Made by a program: the position numbers and the translations under genes. Positions 1 through 11,833 of a stretch of 64,000 nt of DNA are shown in pieces. The DNA comes from Trypanosoma brucei (lineage: Eukaryota), in contig CP000068.1 in the NCBI GenBank assembly GCA_000002445.1, forward strand, positions 416,001 to 480,000, read 5' to 3'. Position 1 is the first letter of the stretch. Each line of letters begins with the position of its first letter. The notes under the pieces are model-generated. The model was not told the origin of the DNA and searched no databases. It worked only from the letters and a program-made list of their open reading frames with translations.

Positions 1-1038
1 ACCATGTTGGGCATAGCTATGGCGAGGATATTGCCTTCTGGTAGTTTGGTGCTTCTTGGGTCAAAATATCCCAACCTTTCACTGAACTTCTTCTCTTTTC
101 AGCCGTTGCACACGCTGATTGAGGCGGACTACTTTGATTTCAAAACAGTGTTGTACGGTTTTGGTATAGCCATTGTGGCACTTATAGAAACCCTCATTAG
201 CTCCATTATTGCAAACAATCACGTGGATGATAAGTCTTACCTCAATTACTCGGGAGCCCGAGATACATTTGGCCTGGCTATGGCGAATCTGATGAGCTCG
301 TTAGTTGGCGGTATTCCCTCCACCGCGGCGTTGGCGCGCACAGCGTTAATGATTCATTCCAGCGCCTTTTCTCGTGTTGCCGGGGTTATTTCATGCATGG
401 CTGTGGCTTTATTATGTAGTGTGTTATTGCCACTATTCCGTGATATTCCCATGGCCACCGTTGCGGCAATCCTCATGGTGGTGGCATATAAACTGGTGGA
501 CTTGCACGACTTGCACATATTGCATGTGGTTGATACGGCAAATTTGTATTCGACCATCATTACATGCGCCGCGTGCGTACTTACCGATACGTTCGTTGGA
601 CTTGTTGTTGGTGTCTTTATCAGTGTACTTCTGAACTATTCTGATTCACAGGAGGCGGAGGTTTTATTTGAAGAGGAGGATGAGACATTTGCCTCACCAC
701 ACCGCCCGGAACCCGTTATGTTCCGTGTCCTTATTGTTCGACCACAGGAGTCTCTTCTTTTTATTAATGCGGAAATCATGAAAAATACCATATTTGAGCG
801 AAGTGTCACCTTTTGTGAGTCCACGCCTTCTGGGCTGAAGAGGCGACTTGTTCTCGATATGGCTCTTGTCAACCGCGTGGATTTTGACGGCACGAAGGCG
901 TTGGGTGAAATTATTAGTGCACACCGCGAGAAAAATTGGGTTGTCGATGTTATTAACGCCCAACACCTTCGAAACAGCCTCGCCTTGTGCACACCCTTCC
1001 ATGATTTGCACAAGTTGGAGTATCAAGAATTGTACTGA
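1..1038 (+). CDS. SulP/SLC26-family sulfate permease, C-terminal portion (last TM helices plus STAS domain); 5' end lies upstream of the window
   Basis: The ORF is in frame from base 1 and stops with TGA at 1036-1038. It shows hydrophobic TM segments with the SulP-like pattern GGIPSTAALARTAL ... PLFRDIPMATVAAILMVVAYKLVD. A STAS-like C-terminus follows (VLDMALVNRVDFDGTKALGEII). The identification rests on pattern recognition, not a search. Confidence 0.6.
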   Translation, partial: TMLGIAMARILPSGSLVLLGSKYPNLSLNFFSFQPLHTLIEADYFDFKTVLYGFGIAIVALIETLISSIIANNHVDDKSYLNYSGARDTFGLAMANLMSSLVGGIPSTAALARTALMIHSSAFSRVAGVISCMAVALLCSVLLPLFRDIPMATVAAILMVVAYKLVDLHDLHILHVVDTANLYSTIITCAACVLTDTFVGLVVGVFISVLLNYSDSQEAEVLFEEEDETFASPHRPEPVMFRVLIVRPQESLLFINAEIMKNTIFERSVTFCESTPSGLKRRLVLDMALVNRVDFDGTKALGEIISAHREKNWVVDVINAQHLRNSLALCTPFHDLHKLEYQELY

Positions 1039-3692
1039 TGATGGGCATTATGTACGGATTATCCGAAATAAATAAATAAATAAATAATATATATATATAT
1101 ATATATGTATACAGCACTCTCTTCTTCCTTCCTTCTTTCCTTCTTTTACTTTTGTGACTCGTAACGAAACGAAAAAAAAAAGCAAAAGAAAAGAAACGAA
1201 AGGAAAAACGTATGTGTGTGTTTTGGGCGGGTGGCTTTGTCATTTTTTTTTACCCCTTTCATTTCTGCAGTGGTTTGTGTTTTATTCGTTTCTTTTCTTT
1301 TTCTTTTTCTTTTTTTAGTTCTATTAGCTCAATCACTCACTCATTCATTTGTTTATTCATTCTCATTCTCTTCTTCTTTTTTTTTCTCTCCTCCTTTTCG
1401 GTTAGTTGGTGGTTTATGTGTGTCTTTCTCTTTCTCTCTTTTTCTTTTTCTTTCTCTTTTCTCCATCCCATTTTTTTTTTATTTGAGTTATGAGTCCATT
1501 CCTTTCTTTTTTTTTTTCACTTGCGCACACATGTGCGAATATAAAATGTGAAGGGTACAACATATCTTCTTTTGTTTTTTTCTTGTTTGATCCATCATTT
1601 ATATGAGTGAAGCAAAAATCAGACGTGTTTGTGTTTGTGGAGGAATGGGTAGAGAAGAGAAGTAATTGAAAGTTTTTTCTTTTTTCTTTTTTTTAAAAAA
1701 AAAAAGAGAAAAGAAAGAAGGATGAGGCAAATAGAAAAAAGGAAAAAAAAAGAAGATAGAGAAAAGCACCAACAAGATAAGAAAAGGGAAGACGGATTGG
1801 TATGATGTGATGTTTTAATGAGAAAGTCGTGTGTTGAGGCAGGTTTTTCCTTTTCATTTTCCTTTTCCCCGTTTTTTTTATTGTTGTTGTTGTGGGATTC
1901 AACTTTTTTTTTTTTCGTTTTTAGATAATTATAATTTTAAATATTATTATTAATATTATTATTGTTGTTGTTGTTGGCTGGTTTGTTTGTTTGTTTGTTG
2001 TTGTGGTGTTTTTTGAGTTTGGTTTATTTTATGCTGCCGCACGTACATATATGTATATTTATTTATTTATTTATATGCATATGTGCACACACGTGTGTTT
2101 TTGTATAGACATATTTATACTTGCATGCGCGTGTATATGAAATTGATGGATGGGAACAAATGAATAAAATTAAGGGAAATATTGTTGTTTTTAAATGTAT
2201 TTTTATTACTGCTGCATATATTCGTTGCAGTAAGCGGGGTTCTCTCACCGTAGTATTCGCAGCAATCACAGAGCCGACTTCTTCCAAACCAAAAACTTGA
2301 GTTTCTGTGTTTTTGTGTTTTGTGTGTCTGTTTTTTTTTTTCCCCCGCCTTTTCACACTCTCACATTTCTCGCTGTGTCTTTTATTTTTATTTTTTATTT
2401 TGTCTCCCCTGTGTGATGTGGAAAGGCAGATATAAAAGAGATATGGAAGGAGAGAGGCACATGTATATATGTGTGAGTGTGAGTGTGAGTATGAATGTGT
2501 GTGTTTGTGATGAATAATAAAATGCAATAATTAAGGAGATTACAAAGGGAAATAATTAAAGGGGACGGGATAAAGAAAATAAAATAAAACAAAAGAAAAG
2601 GAAATAAAAGAAAAGGAAGAAGCTTGAGGAGAAATTTGTTGCTTTTATTTTATTTTATTTTATTATTTAAAGTATTTGCATTTTCCGGGCATTACTTATG
2701 CAACGCATGAAAGTGAAGGAAGAATGGGGAGAGGAAATGAGAGAAGGGGTGGGGATGATGTTTTTTTTTGTTTTGTTTGTGGTGGTGACGAATTAATATG
2801 CAAAGGGGGTGAAAGGTCTGACTTTTTGTTTTTTTTCCTTCGTTGTTATTGTTATTGTTATTGTTGTTAAGGGTGGAGGCGGTGGAAGGGATGAGGTAAT
2901 AACAATAAAATGAAAAAAAAGATCTTTTTTTTGTTTTTTTTTAAAAAAGAAAAGGGAACAAAGCAAAAAAAAAAGGGGGGGGGGTCGAGGGAGGAAAGAT
3001 GAAAAAGGGGGAAAAAGAAAAAGTGTTGTGACTTGCTTCGCCAACCGCTATGGAAGGTAAGCATTATGATGTGGTTGGCAGATGCGAAAAGATAAAAGAA
3101 CGGAAGGCGCATTAAATATATGATGGTGGTAGTGGTAGTGGTAGTGGTGGTGCGGATTATTCAAGGGGTTATATGGGCCATGCCAATTTGTCCCTCATTT
3201 TCTTTTTCCTTCTCTACGTTTTCGCTAACACTGCTATTCTACCAGGGCGCTATCCGCTTTGTTTTTTTTTCCTAAAGTTATTATTATTATTATTATTATT
3301 ACTATTATCATTATTTTCTGTCTTTTTTTTGTTTTCGTGTATATATATGTGTGTGTGTGTTTGTGTGTTCGCATGTGTGTGGACTGCTTGTAGGTAAAAC
3401 GGGGTGTATATGTAACCGGAGTTTCCATACCGGGCAATGGGTTCAGCCCGTGTCCCTTACACGTATTTTTTGGCTGTGAGGGGTCTCCTGTCAGCTGATG
3501 ATGATACCAAAGCTTTACCCTCTGATCTCTTTTATTTTATTTTATTTTTTTCTCCTTCCATGCGTATTTTCTTTTACAAAGTATCCCTTTTTGCATCCTC
3601 TTCTTCCTGCTTTACTGAGCTTTCCATCTTTTTTCTCTTTTTTTCTTTTTAAATCCCATTTATTTTATTGAAGGGTCACCTGAAGGCACCTG

Positions 3693-4343
3693 TTGATGGA
3701 GCTTCTCAAGAAAACGGCAGCGCTTCGCATTGAGCAACAGACACTTAATATCCCACAGGAGGAGGTAACCAACATTTCATTAAGTGATGTGCCGTTACTT
3801 CCTGAGCGTATTGCGTGTTTTACAGCTCTTTCGCACCTCACTCTTGTCTCCATGAAACCAAAGTTGAAAACCCTTTTGGCGATACCTTTGGACACGCTGA
3901 AGTCGCTGCGAATGCTTGACGTAAGTGACAACAATATTACCGTTTCAGCGGATGAGACCCTTCCTGTGTATCCCACCATGCGGAAACTGTTTATTGCCAA
4001 TAACAAAATTAATCAGTGGAGCGAGATGGAGCGACTCGCTACCGCTTTCCCAAACGTCGAAGTACTCGATGCTGCGAATAATAATGCGTATGATTGTTCT
4101 CGCCGTGCTGAAGTGTTTGAACTGTTTCCAAAACTGTCAGTACTGGATTCCATGTCAAAGGACGGTAGGGAAGTGGCGGTTCTTGACACGGATGAGGATA
4201 GCAGTGATGAAGAAGATGGTGATGATGATGATGATGAAAGCTTCCAGTCGTTTGTTATTGGCGAGGAATGTGAAGATGATGGAAGTGAATCTGACAGCGA
4301 AGATGATGATGAACCCCCTTCTAAGGTTGTGCGAACGGAATAG
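3693..4343 (+). CDS. Leucine-rich repeat / LRRcap protein with a poly-acidic C-terminal tail (ANP32-like architecture)
   Basis: LRR consensus segments (LxxLxxLxLxxN: LRMLDVSDNNIT, KLFIANNKIN) are followed by an LRRcap-like segment (EVFELFPKLSVLDS). The tail is D/E-rich (DTDEDSSDEEDGDDDDDE...SESDSEDDDE). The true start may lie upstream of the ATG at 3693. Confidence 0.5.
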   Translation: MMELLKKTAALRIEQQTLNIPQEEVTNISLSDVPLLPERIACFTALSHLTLVSMKPKLKTLLAIPLDTLKSLRMLDVSDNNITVSADETLPVYPTMRKLFIANNKINQWSEMERLATAFPNVEVLDAANNNAYDCSRRAEVFELFPKLSVLDSMSKDGREVAVLDTDEDSSDEEDGDDDDDESFQSFVIGEECEDDGSESDSEDDDEPPSKVVRTE

Positions 4344-4919
4344 ACGTTGTTGCGCCCCGAGACCATTGGATGCCAGAGGTTGTTTGTGATGTGCCTCGTC
4401 ATGCTGATGAAGCAGGGAAGAGTTGATCGAAGTTTGGCACGATTTATGGGGAAGTGGTGCGGCTGCGTTTATGTGATGTTCGCCGCGCTTGCCTGGCCCA
4501 ATTTTTGGTTTGCATACGAGCTTACCGATACACACACACACACACACACGCACAGATTTATAAATATGAATATAGATACATAACGCGCATAAGGTTCCGC
4601 TACTTTTGGAACGTTTGTGCGTGAATCACGGGTAACAAGAATCTTAGTGGGGATGCAATCTCTTTATTGTTCGAATCTACATGATAGCTCCGTGTGTGAG
4701 GGCTCTCCTCCCCCATTTTCACCCCACTTCCAACTGTCTCGCTTCAACTTCATTTTTTCTTCTTTCATTTTCGTGTGTCGTATATTTACTCACCCTCGCC
4801 CTTATCTTCACAAACACGCTAAGACGTCCACGTTTAGGACAAAGGTGTTTTTCGTGTGTATTTGAATAAAGTGACATTTCACACTGCGGAGGTTAACATT
4901 GCTTCTGGTGCGTGGGACC

Positions 4920-5693
4920 ATGTCACGCTACGATATCGGCAGCGAACCACCAGCTGAGGTTATTGCCGAAAACTACCGTGAAGTGCAGAAATGTATTCGG
5001 GAAGCAGCAGCCGAAGGTGCAGGCGGGGGGTCCGCTGACCGCGCTGTGAAACTTGTTGCCGTGAGTAAAACGAAATCGCCAGCATGCTTGCAGGCTTTGT
5101 ATGACTGTGGTCACCGTGATTTTGGAGAAAATTACGTGCAGGAAGTTGTGGAGAAGGCGGCGGTGCTCCCCGGTGATATCCACTGGCATTTCATTGGGCA
5201 TCTGCAAAGCAATAAGGTGAAGGAACTCCTCTCAGGCGTCAGTGGGCTTCAAATTGTGCAAACTGTCGACAGCGAATCACTTGCTCAGAAACTCGATAGC
5301 GGTTGTGTCTCGTACCGTGGTGGGCGACCGCTTGATGTTTACGTTCAGGTAAACACCAGTGGCGAAACCACAAAGAGTGGTGTGGAGCCGGGTAGTGCAA
5401 CAGTTGAACTCGCCCGCCACATTTCAACAAAGTGCCCAAACTTACGGCTAACGGGTTTGATGACTATAGGTATGCCGGACTACACGAGTAGGCCAGAGAA
5501 CTTTGAATGTCTGTTGCGATGCCGGGAGGAGGTGGCAGCGGCACTCAACCTCGATGCCACAACACTTGCGCTGTCCATGGGAATGAGTGGTGACTATACA
5601 AATGCCATCCGTATGGGATCAACAGTTGTACGTGTGGGAACCGGTCTGTTTGGTCAGCGCTATTATCCACCAAAGGATGGAGCAGCAAAGTAG
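4920..5693 (+). CDS. PLP-binding protein of the YggS/PROSC (alanine racemase N-terminal domain-like, COG0325) family
   Basis: The track ORF 4899..5693 begins with TTG; the first ATG is at 4920 (MSRYDIG...). It carries the conserved KLVAVSKTK motif (PLP-lysine context), a HFIGHLQSNK motif and a C-terminal SMGMSGD motif typical of this family. Confidence 0.75.
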   Translation: MSRYDIGSEPPAEVIAENYREVQKCIREAAAEGAGGGSADRAVKLVAVSKTKSPACLQALYDCGHRDFGENYVQEVVEKAAVLPGDIHWHFIGHLQSNKVKELLSGVSGLQIVQTVDSESLAQKLDSGCVSYRGGRPLDVYVQVNTSGETTKSGVEPGSATVELARHISTKCPNLRLTGLMTIGMPDYTSRPENFECLLRCREEVAAALNLDATTLALSMGMSGDYTNAIRMGSTVVRVGTGLFGQRYYPPKDGAAK

Positions 5694-6267
5694 GCATCCG
5701 TTTCGTGTGTGATATTGCTTTGTTTCGGGTATTCTTTTCTCCCTATGTGTGCGTGTGTGCACTCGTGTTTGCGTGGTTTGTTGAATAATGATTTCTTCTT
5801 GTGGACGTTTTTTGTTCGAGTTTCGCTATTTTTTTTTCCCCCTTCTCCCCCAAGTCGCACCACGGTTGGAAGAAAAGTGCTTGCGAGAAAGAGTGTGTTT
5901 GAAAATCTGTGAGTTTCTCAGTGTTGCGGCTCGGCATGTGGATGAGTTCTTGTCCTTCACGCGTGTTAAAAACAGCGACTAGGGCTTGTGACGTCCCTGC
6001 TTTGGTTTGTTGTTGGTTGTTATCCAGTAAGCGGGCGTTTATCTTTTCATGCACGTACGTTGTGTGCATTTGTGTGCGTGTATTTGGAGTTGCAAATTCG
6101 TTTTCATCGACGAACACTATGGGACAACAATTAAAACACACAGGCACTTAGGCCCACTTCTGCGGCGAGGTTCATGCGTCTTCTTTCATTTACTTCATTT
6201 TAATCCTTTCCCCCGTCATCACACGTAGGAAGACAATCACTTTCACTTTTTTTTAATAAAAAATTTC

Positions 6268-7686
6268 ATGTCGTGCGACACTGTCACAGTTGTTTTTGAC
6301 CTCCGCTATACTGACTGGGAGCTCTTCGACTCATCCAGGGAGGTTTTCATCACAACTGTGGGAAACTTGTTCGCTATTGCACTCTCCAACCTTTCTCAGA
6401 AGCAACCATATTCCTTGAGGCTTATGGCAACCTCTGGCACTTCGCTGCTTCCTGTGTACGACTCTGCCTGTGATCGCGACAATACAAAGAAAACAGGTAT
6501 TTTTAACGCTGACAAGAGTACCTGTGGGGGAAGCAGCAATGTGTTTGACGTCGTACGTTCTCTGTCCGAGCTGACCCCCGTTCGAAGTCCATCGCGTGAC
6601 ACGGACCGCCACGTTGTGGGTATCCTTCAGCGGCAACATAAGAACTACTCATCGGATAAGTTGCAGCACCATAGCTTAATCTTCTTCACAACCTTTACTA
6701 CGATTGGTGACTTTAGCAATTTGGTACATTCCACGGTACCTGCTGCACTACCCTTTTTGAATGATAGATGGGTGTCCATCCATCTTGACGCCACGGCCTT
6801 TACAACAACATCTCTTGCATTAACCCCCGCCACCCGATCCATTCGCTGCCCCATAGCACCTGCATGTATCCGAACGGCGCTTCAACAGGCACTTGCAACA
6901 GCACTTTCACCAGTGCTTCCATTGGTGCAGGTGTCGTTGCGTTATGGCCGCTACACTGTACCGTGCATTGCAAACAGAACATACTTTACCATTCCTGGCC
7001 GTTGCTGTGCAGCCAAGGATTTGGAAGACACCAACGATGTGGAGGAGAGGAACACTCTTGTATTTTGCGGTGGACGCGTGTGTTCTTCCGAGTATGAACG
7101 GGAGTACCATACAACACAGGAGCTGGTCTTAACAGCCAGTGGTATTGTTAACGCTGATGTGGTAGATGATGCTCATCTATATGGTGAGGCATGGGTGCTG
7201 CGTGGTTGCGAGTCACTGGGTGGTTATACTCGAAGTCCGGGGGAATGGTTACATCACCTCGCTACGGAGTTACGTGGGGACGCATTGCTCCTCCGAACGC
7301 AACAGCCACTTCTCAATCCGCCTCATCAGCTGGCATTTCCATCTTCTCTCTTCGTGGGTTTCTTCATGCGATCGGATGAGATGTACCTGCGGGCTGTCAT
7401 TCCGCCTGAACTTCGGGTTGAGCGGGTGGAGTCCATTGCCTTAAAGGCGAGCAACAGCGGAGGTGGAGGCCGGTTGGATCCCACTTTAGCCGCGGAGCTG
7501 CGGAAGGCAACGGAGGCGCTGAGAGACTGCCGCGGTGAAGTGGAGTTACGGCAACCTGTTGGCGTGTGTCGGGTATTAACACAACTACGGCTGAATCCGT
7601 CACTACAACTGCGCTTGGAGGCGTTGCAGACTGAAGGCGCTGTGCGGCGGACGCTTATCCGCCCCCTTCACTCTCACCGCAGGTGA
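6268..7686 (+). CDS. Hypothetical protein (472 aa), no recognisable domain
   Basis: It is a long ATG-initiated ORF with coding-like composition on the same strand as the flanking genes. Confidence 0.5.
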   Translation: MSCDTVTVVFDLRYTDWELFDSSREVFITTVGNLFAIALSNLSQKQPYSLRLMATSGTSLLPVYDSACDRDNTKKTGIFNADKSTCGGSSNVFDVVRSLSELTPVRSPSRDTDRHVVGILQRQHKNYSSDKLQHHSLIFFTTFTTIGDFSNLVHSTVPAALPFLNDRWVSIHLDATAFTTTSLALTPATRSIRCPIAPACIRTALQQALATALSPVLPLVQVSLRYGRYTVPCIANRTYFTIPGRCCAAKDLEDTNDVEERNTLVFCGGRVCSSEYEREYHTTQELVLTASGIVNADVVDDAHLYGEAWVLRGCESLGGYTRSPGEWLHHLATELRGDALLLRTQQPLLNPPHQLAFPSSLFVGFFMRSDEMYLRAVIPPELRVERVESIALKASNSGGGGRLDPTLAAELRKATEALRDCRGEVELRQPVGVCRVLTQLRLNPSLQLRLEALQTEGAVRRTLIRPLHSHRR

Positions 7687-8596
7687 CGCCATCTTTCCTT
7701 TGTGTTTTGTCTTTCGTTTGTCATTTCCGTGTCTCGAGCACATGCAAGCATGTGTTGTCCGCGACTACACTTCTGGCAGCGGTGTGGTGTACTTGTCCGT
7801 TTTGAGTTATTCGAGTGATCTTTTTTTTTCTTTTTTTTTTTTTACAGCCCTGGACGGACTCTTTTAAGAGCACAGAACACCGAAACGACCATATGCGTTC
7901 GCTTCTTTACAGATGATTGCCTTTTTCTCTTGCTTAACTGGGTTATTGCTGTGCACGAGAGTCTCTTCCCTTTTTCTTCATGTTTCTGTGCAAACATGAA
8001 TATGCCTCTATTTAATTTTATGTGCATTGATTATTTGTTTAACCTATTCATTTGGTGCCCGCGCATGACCCATTTCCTTTGTTGCAGCGCACATCTGGTG
8101 CGTGTTTTCACCTCTTTCCCTTTCCTCACTTCCGAGTAAGATAGACCCTATTTCCGTTTTGAATAAACAAAGTGGATGTACGCATAAATTACTGTATACA
8201 TGTGTAAATTGTGAAAAGGGGAGAATTACAGTTTGGGGGTGTGGAAATGTCGAAGAACAAAAAAGTATGCGGTCGTTTCTCCAGGTAATTCGAAAACGCT
8301 CTGCAGTGCTGTTTTTTTTTTCCTCCTTCCTTTCTATTATCATTTTGTACCGTCTTTATTACTATTATTATTATTATTTTCATTTTTTTTTCCCCATTTT
8401 GTTGCTACTTCCCTAAAATATCATTACCCATTTACTTGTTTATTATCCAGTTATACACGAACTCACACACATACGGAGCGGTAGGAAGGAAAGGGATATA
8501 CAGGAAGAAGGGGTAGGGGAGAGAGTAACTAAGGCATCACCAGCAAGGAACAAAGTTAGTCAGGAGTACAAATACACGCAAGTTTCCTCACTCATC

Positions 8597-10948
8597 ATGT
8601 CAAGTGAAGCTGCTAGTGGCTTATGGCGCTCAGAGGACATGACACTGCTGCGGTTGACGATGCAGCGTGAGACGGCTCATGATTCAGTGCTGAAACTTGG
8701 GCAACTCGCCGCCTTTCAGTTCATCGACCTCAACAGTGACGTGAGCGCCTTCCAGCGAGATTTCGTGCAAGAGGTCCGGCGCTGTGATGGCATGGAGCGG
8801 AAGCTACGGTACCTTCATGATGAAATTGAGAAGGCAGGTCTTACATGCGTCTCTACGGAAGCCATTGGAAGAGAATCTTTGTTCGCGTTGGAGCACAAAA
8901 TTGATGAGTACGAGGGGGAACTTCGTGAGTTGAATGGGCAGTACCAGTCGCTGCTTGAGGAAAGTAATCGCACGCAGGAACATCTTGAGGTGCTTAGTCG
9001 CGAGTTTGGAAGTGGTATTAGGCAAAGCCCAGGGCTCAATCTTCTCACGGGTGTTATTCCAAAGGACCGTATCGCTACATTGGAGCGCCTGGTGTACCGC
9101 ATTACCCGCGGGAACTCTGTGTTGCACACCGATGAGATCACAACTCCCTTTTCTGAGGGAGAAAAGGAACGGATGGTTCAGAAATGTGTGTTTGGTGTTT
9201 ACTTCGCTACCCCACGGTTGTGGGAGAGTTTAAAGCGAATCAGCGAGGTGAATGGAGCTTCACTCTATCCATATGCTGAGAGCACCGAGCGATTGCAGTA
9301 CATGCGTGATACTCTCAACTCACAGCTAGAAACGATGAAGCATACGTTGCAGCAGTCTTTGCTGCGCCAACGGCACCTACTTACTTCCATATCACACAAC
9401 GTGTGCCAGTGGAGGCAGACGGTTGCTGTGGAGAAGTCAGTTTTCTCCACGATGAACATGTTAAAATTCAGTGGATCCACAGCGGTTGCTAAAGGTTGGG
9501 CCCCTGTGCGCTCCCTTGACCGGATACGCGCATCCCTGCAGGAGGCGGAGTACCTGAGCGGCGCCCAGGTGCTAACTATTGTTGAGGAAATTTCAACAAA
9601 AGAAAAACGTCCAACGTGCTTCTTCACCAACAAGTTCACAGTATGCTTCCAAAGTATTGTTGACAGCTACGGTATGGCCCGTTACAAAGAGGTCAACCCA
9701 GGCGTGCTCACCATTGTGACTTTTCCCTATCTTTTCGGTATCATGTACGGTGACATTGGGCATGGAGTTATGCTCACCCTCTTCGCTGCGTTCCTGCTTA
9801 TCAAGGAGAAGGACTGGGAAGGGAGGAAACTTAACGAGATATTTGCCATGATATTTGATGGTAGATATTTACTGCTGCTCATGGGGTTATTCGCTATTTA
9901 TGTTGGGTTTTTATACAACGACTTCTTTGGCTTCTCGGTAGACACGTTTCGCTCCGGTTATCAGTGGCCACCATTGAATGGTAACACACAAGAGGGCGAT
10001 ATGCAACCTTCGTCCCCGAGCGGGGTCACACCAGCGAGAAGTGTTATCTTTGGCATTGACTCAGCGTGGGCAGAGACGGAAAACAAGCTAGAGTTCTACA
10101 ACTCTGTAAAGATGAAGTGCTCTGTCATCATCGGTGTTGTCCAGATGGTTGCCGGTGTAATTCTGTCTCTGATGAACCACATTTACTTTGGGGACAGGAT
10201 TCAAATTTGGTTCCGCTTCGTTCCTGAAATCGTCTTCCTTCTGTGCACCTTTGGCTACATGTGCGTTCTCATAATCATCAAGTGGTGCACGAATTGGGAC
10301 CAACGTACTAGTGAAGCGCCATCACTGCTTGAAACAATGACAAACTTTTTTCTCCAGCCAGGAACGGTGAATGTACCGCTGTATAAAGGTCAGGAGTTTG
10401 TCCAAGTATTGCTTCTTCTAATTGCCTTTGCAATGGTGCCGATTCTTCTCTGTGCCATACCAATGCATGAAAAGAAGGAGCACGAGCGTAAAATGCGGCT
10501 GCAGGCACTGGCCCGTAGGAATGAGGATGAACGCCATGAAGGCAGTGAGGATGACTACGACGAAGATGAGAAATTTGACTTTAGTGAAGTTGTTATCCAT
10601 CAGGTTATTCACACTATTGAGTATGTACTTGGTTGTGTGTCTAACACCGCGTCGTACCTTCGTCTGTGGGCCCTCTCGCTTGCCCACTCGCAGCTTTCTG
10701 AGGTCTTCTGGAGCTTTACATTTCTTATGGCGTTGGATATGGACAAAGGCTCGGGCGTTTTCGTCTTCTTCGGCCTTTGCGTGTGGATGTGCGCGACGGT
10801 GGCCGTCCTTCTCGGCATGGAGTCTCTTTCCGCCTTTCTGCACGCCCTCCGTTTGCACTGGGTAGAGTTCAACAATAAATTCTACGCTGCTGATGGGTAT
10901 CCGTTCACCCCATTCAACATTGCTGAAGTGCTGAAGGAACTGGACTAA
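8597..10948 (+). CDS. V-type proton ATPase subunit a (116 kDa, VPH1/STV1 family)
   Basis: The 783-aa ORF has an N-terminal cytosolic coiled-coil region, multiple C-terminal TM helices and the conserved motif LRLWALSLAHSQLSEVF (contains the essential Arg of subunit a). Its end, LHALRLHWVEFNNKFY, is typical of V-ATPase a subunits. Confidence 0.85.
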   Translation: MSSEAASGLWRSEDMTLLRLTMQRETAHDSVLKLGQLAAFQFIDLNSDVSAFQRDFVQEVRRCDGMERKLRYLHDEIEKAGLTCVSTEAIGRESLFALEHKIDEYEGELRELNGQYQSLLEESNRTQEHLEVLSREFGSGIRQSPGLNLLTGVIPKDRIATLERLVYRITRGNSVLHTDEITTPFSEGEKERMVQKCVFGVYFATPRLWESLKRISEVNGASLYPYAESTERLQYMRDTLNSQLETMKHTLQQSLLRQRHLLTSISHNVCQWRQTVAVEKSVFSTMNMLKFSGSTAVAKGWAPVRSLDRIRASLQEAEYLSGAQVLTIVEEISTKEKRPTCFFTNKFTVCFQSIVDSYGMARYKEVNPGVLTIVTFPYLFGIMYGDIGHGVMLTLFAAFLLIKEKDWEGRKLNEIFAMIFDGRYLLLLMGLFAIYVGFLYNDFFGFSVDTFRSGYQWPPLNGNTQEGDMQPSSPSGVTPARSVIFGIDSAWAETENKLEFYNSVKMKCSVIIGVVQMVAGVILSLMNHIYFGDRIQIWFRFVPEIVFLLCTFGYMCVLIIIKWCTNWDQRTSEAPSLLETMTNFFLQPGTVNVPLYKGQEFVQVLLLLIAFAMVPILLCAIPMHEKKEHERKMRLQALARRNEDERHEGSEDDYDEDEKFDFSEVVIHQVIHTIEYVLGCVSNTASYLRLWALSLAHSQLSEVFWSFTFLMALDMDKGSGVFVFFGLCVWMCATVAVLLGMESLSAFLHALRLHWVEFNNKFYAADGYPFTPFNIAEVLKELD

Positions 10949-11833
10949 ACCTCGCATGGCAGCGACCTCGTTATTTAGGTGAGGTTTCGGGGTCTGTGAG
11001 GGAGGAGGTGAAAACGTCCAATGCAAAGAGAATGCGTAAATGTGGAAGAAAAAGAGAGCGGATGGATTACGAAACAGGCGAACGAGCTACAAAAGAGAGA
11101 GGAGGAGGAGAATGTGTTCGTGCCTTTGGGAAGGGAATGCTCTTCCTGTGCTAATGCTCTTTATATTCAACAAAACGTACGAACTGACTCCCCGTGGTGT
11201 GGAGGGGTTGCTACTAAAAAAAATTTGCTATGAACAACTGTGGTTAGAGGAGGTGTGTGTGTGTATGTGTGTTTGGAGGAGGAGGATGAGGATGAGGAGA
11301 GGGAAAGGAAAGTGATATTCCGAAATGTGTGTTGCTTTTGGTTTGAGGGATAGAAGAACAAAGAAGAGTTGATTCACTGGTGATGATAAGGAAATACTGG
11401 GACCATGGTGGAGAGGGTTTGGAGCTCCTTCAACCAATTCGGAGGTGTGCACCTGTGTGCTTTGCTGTTGCTTGTTGCCTACCTGTATTTTTGTGATTCA
11501 TTGTTGCTGTAAAACAACAAAGGAGAGGAGTGCGAGAAACACAACGAACTTGCGTGGATGCGAGTGATGACAAATAATGATAGTAATAAATCAATACAAT
11601 GTGTTGGTTTACATACAGCCACCCACCCACATGCACACACGATGAGGTGGTGCGTGTCAAGGTGTTTGTTTGGTCGTTGTCCCTTACCATTCCTTATCAC
11701 AACCCTTCTCCTTTCTACTCACTTTTTTCCCTTTCTCGTTCCTGGCCCATGTGCGTTTTCATGCTCTGTGTTATATATATAATATATATGTGGCAGCAGC
11801 CCTTAGAGGGGACACCGGGTTCAACCTATTGAA

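Noticed and set aside
1212-1551. ORFs in low-complexity spacers (e.g. 1212..1551, 2063..2527, 2793..3112, 42494..42970, 52029..52548, 53818..54679, 54344..54679)
   Set aside because: Their translations are dominated by F/L/S/K/E runs from poly-pyrimidine or poly-purine tracts and microsatellites. They have no start-context logic and overlap each other in several frames.
4655-4685. tRNA-like T-loop string gttcgaatc
   Set aside because: Flanking bases cannot form the T-stem (tattg / ctaca are not complementary). No acceptor or anticodon arms are evident. It is probably a chance match in a 5' flank.
8804-9141. Minus-strand ORFs overlapping the V-ATPase gene (and similar shadows inside GRESAG4 43625..45559 +, eIF4G-like 55110..58538 +, SYF1-like 20800..22933 -)
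   Set aside because: These are typical shadow ORFs within long genes on the opposite strand. They run against cluster polarity and show no domain signal.
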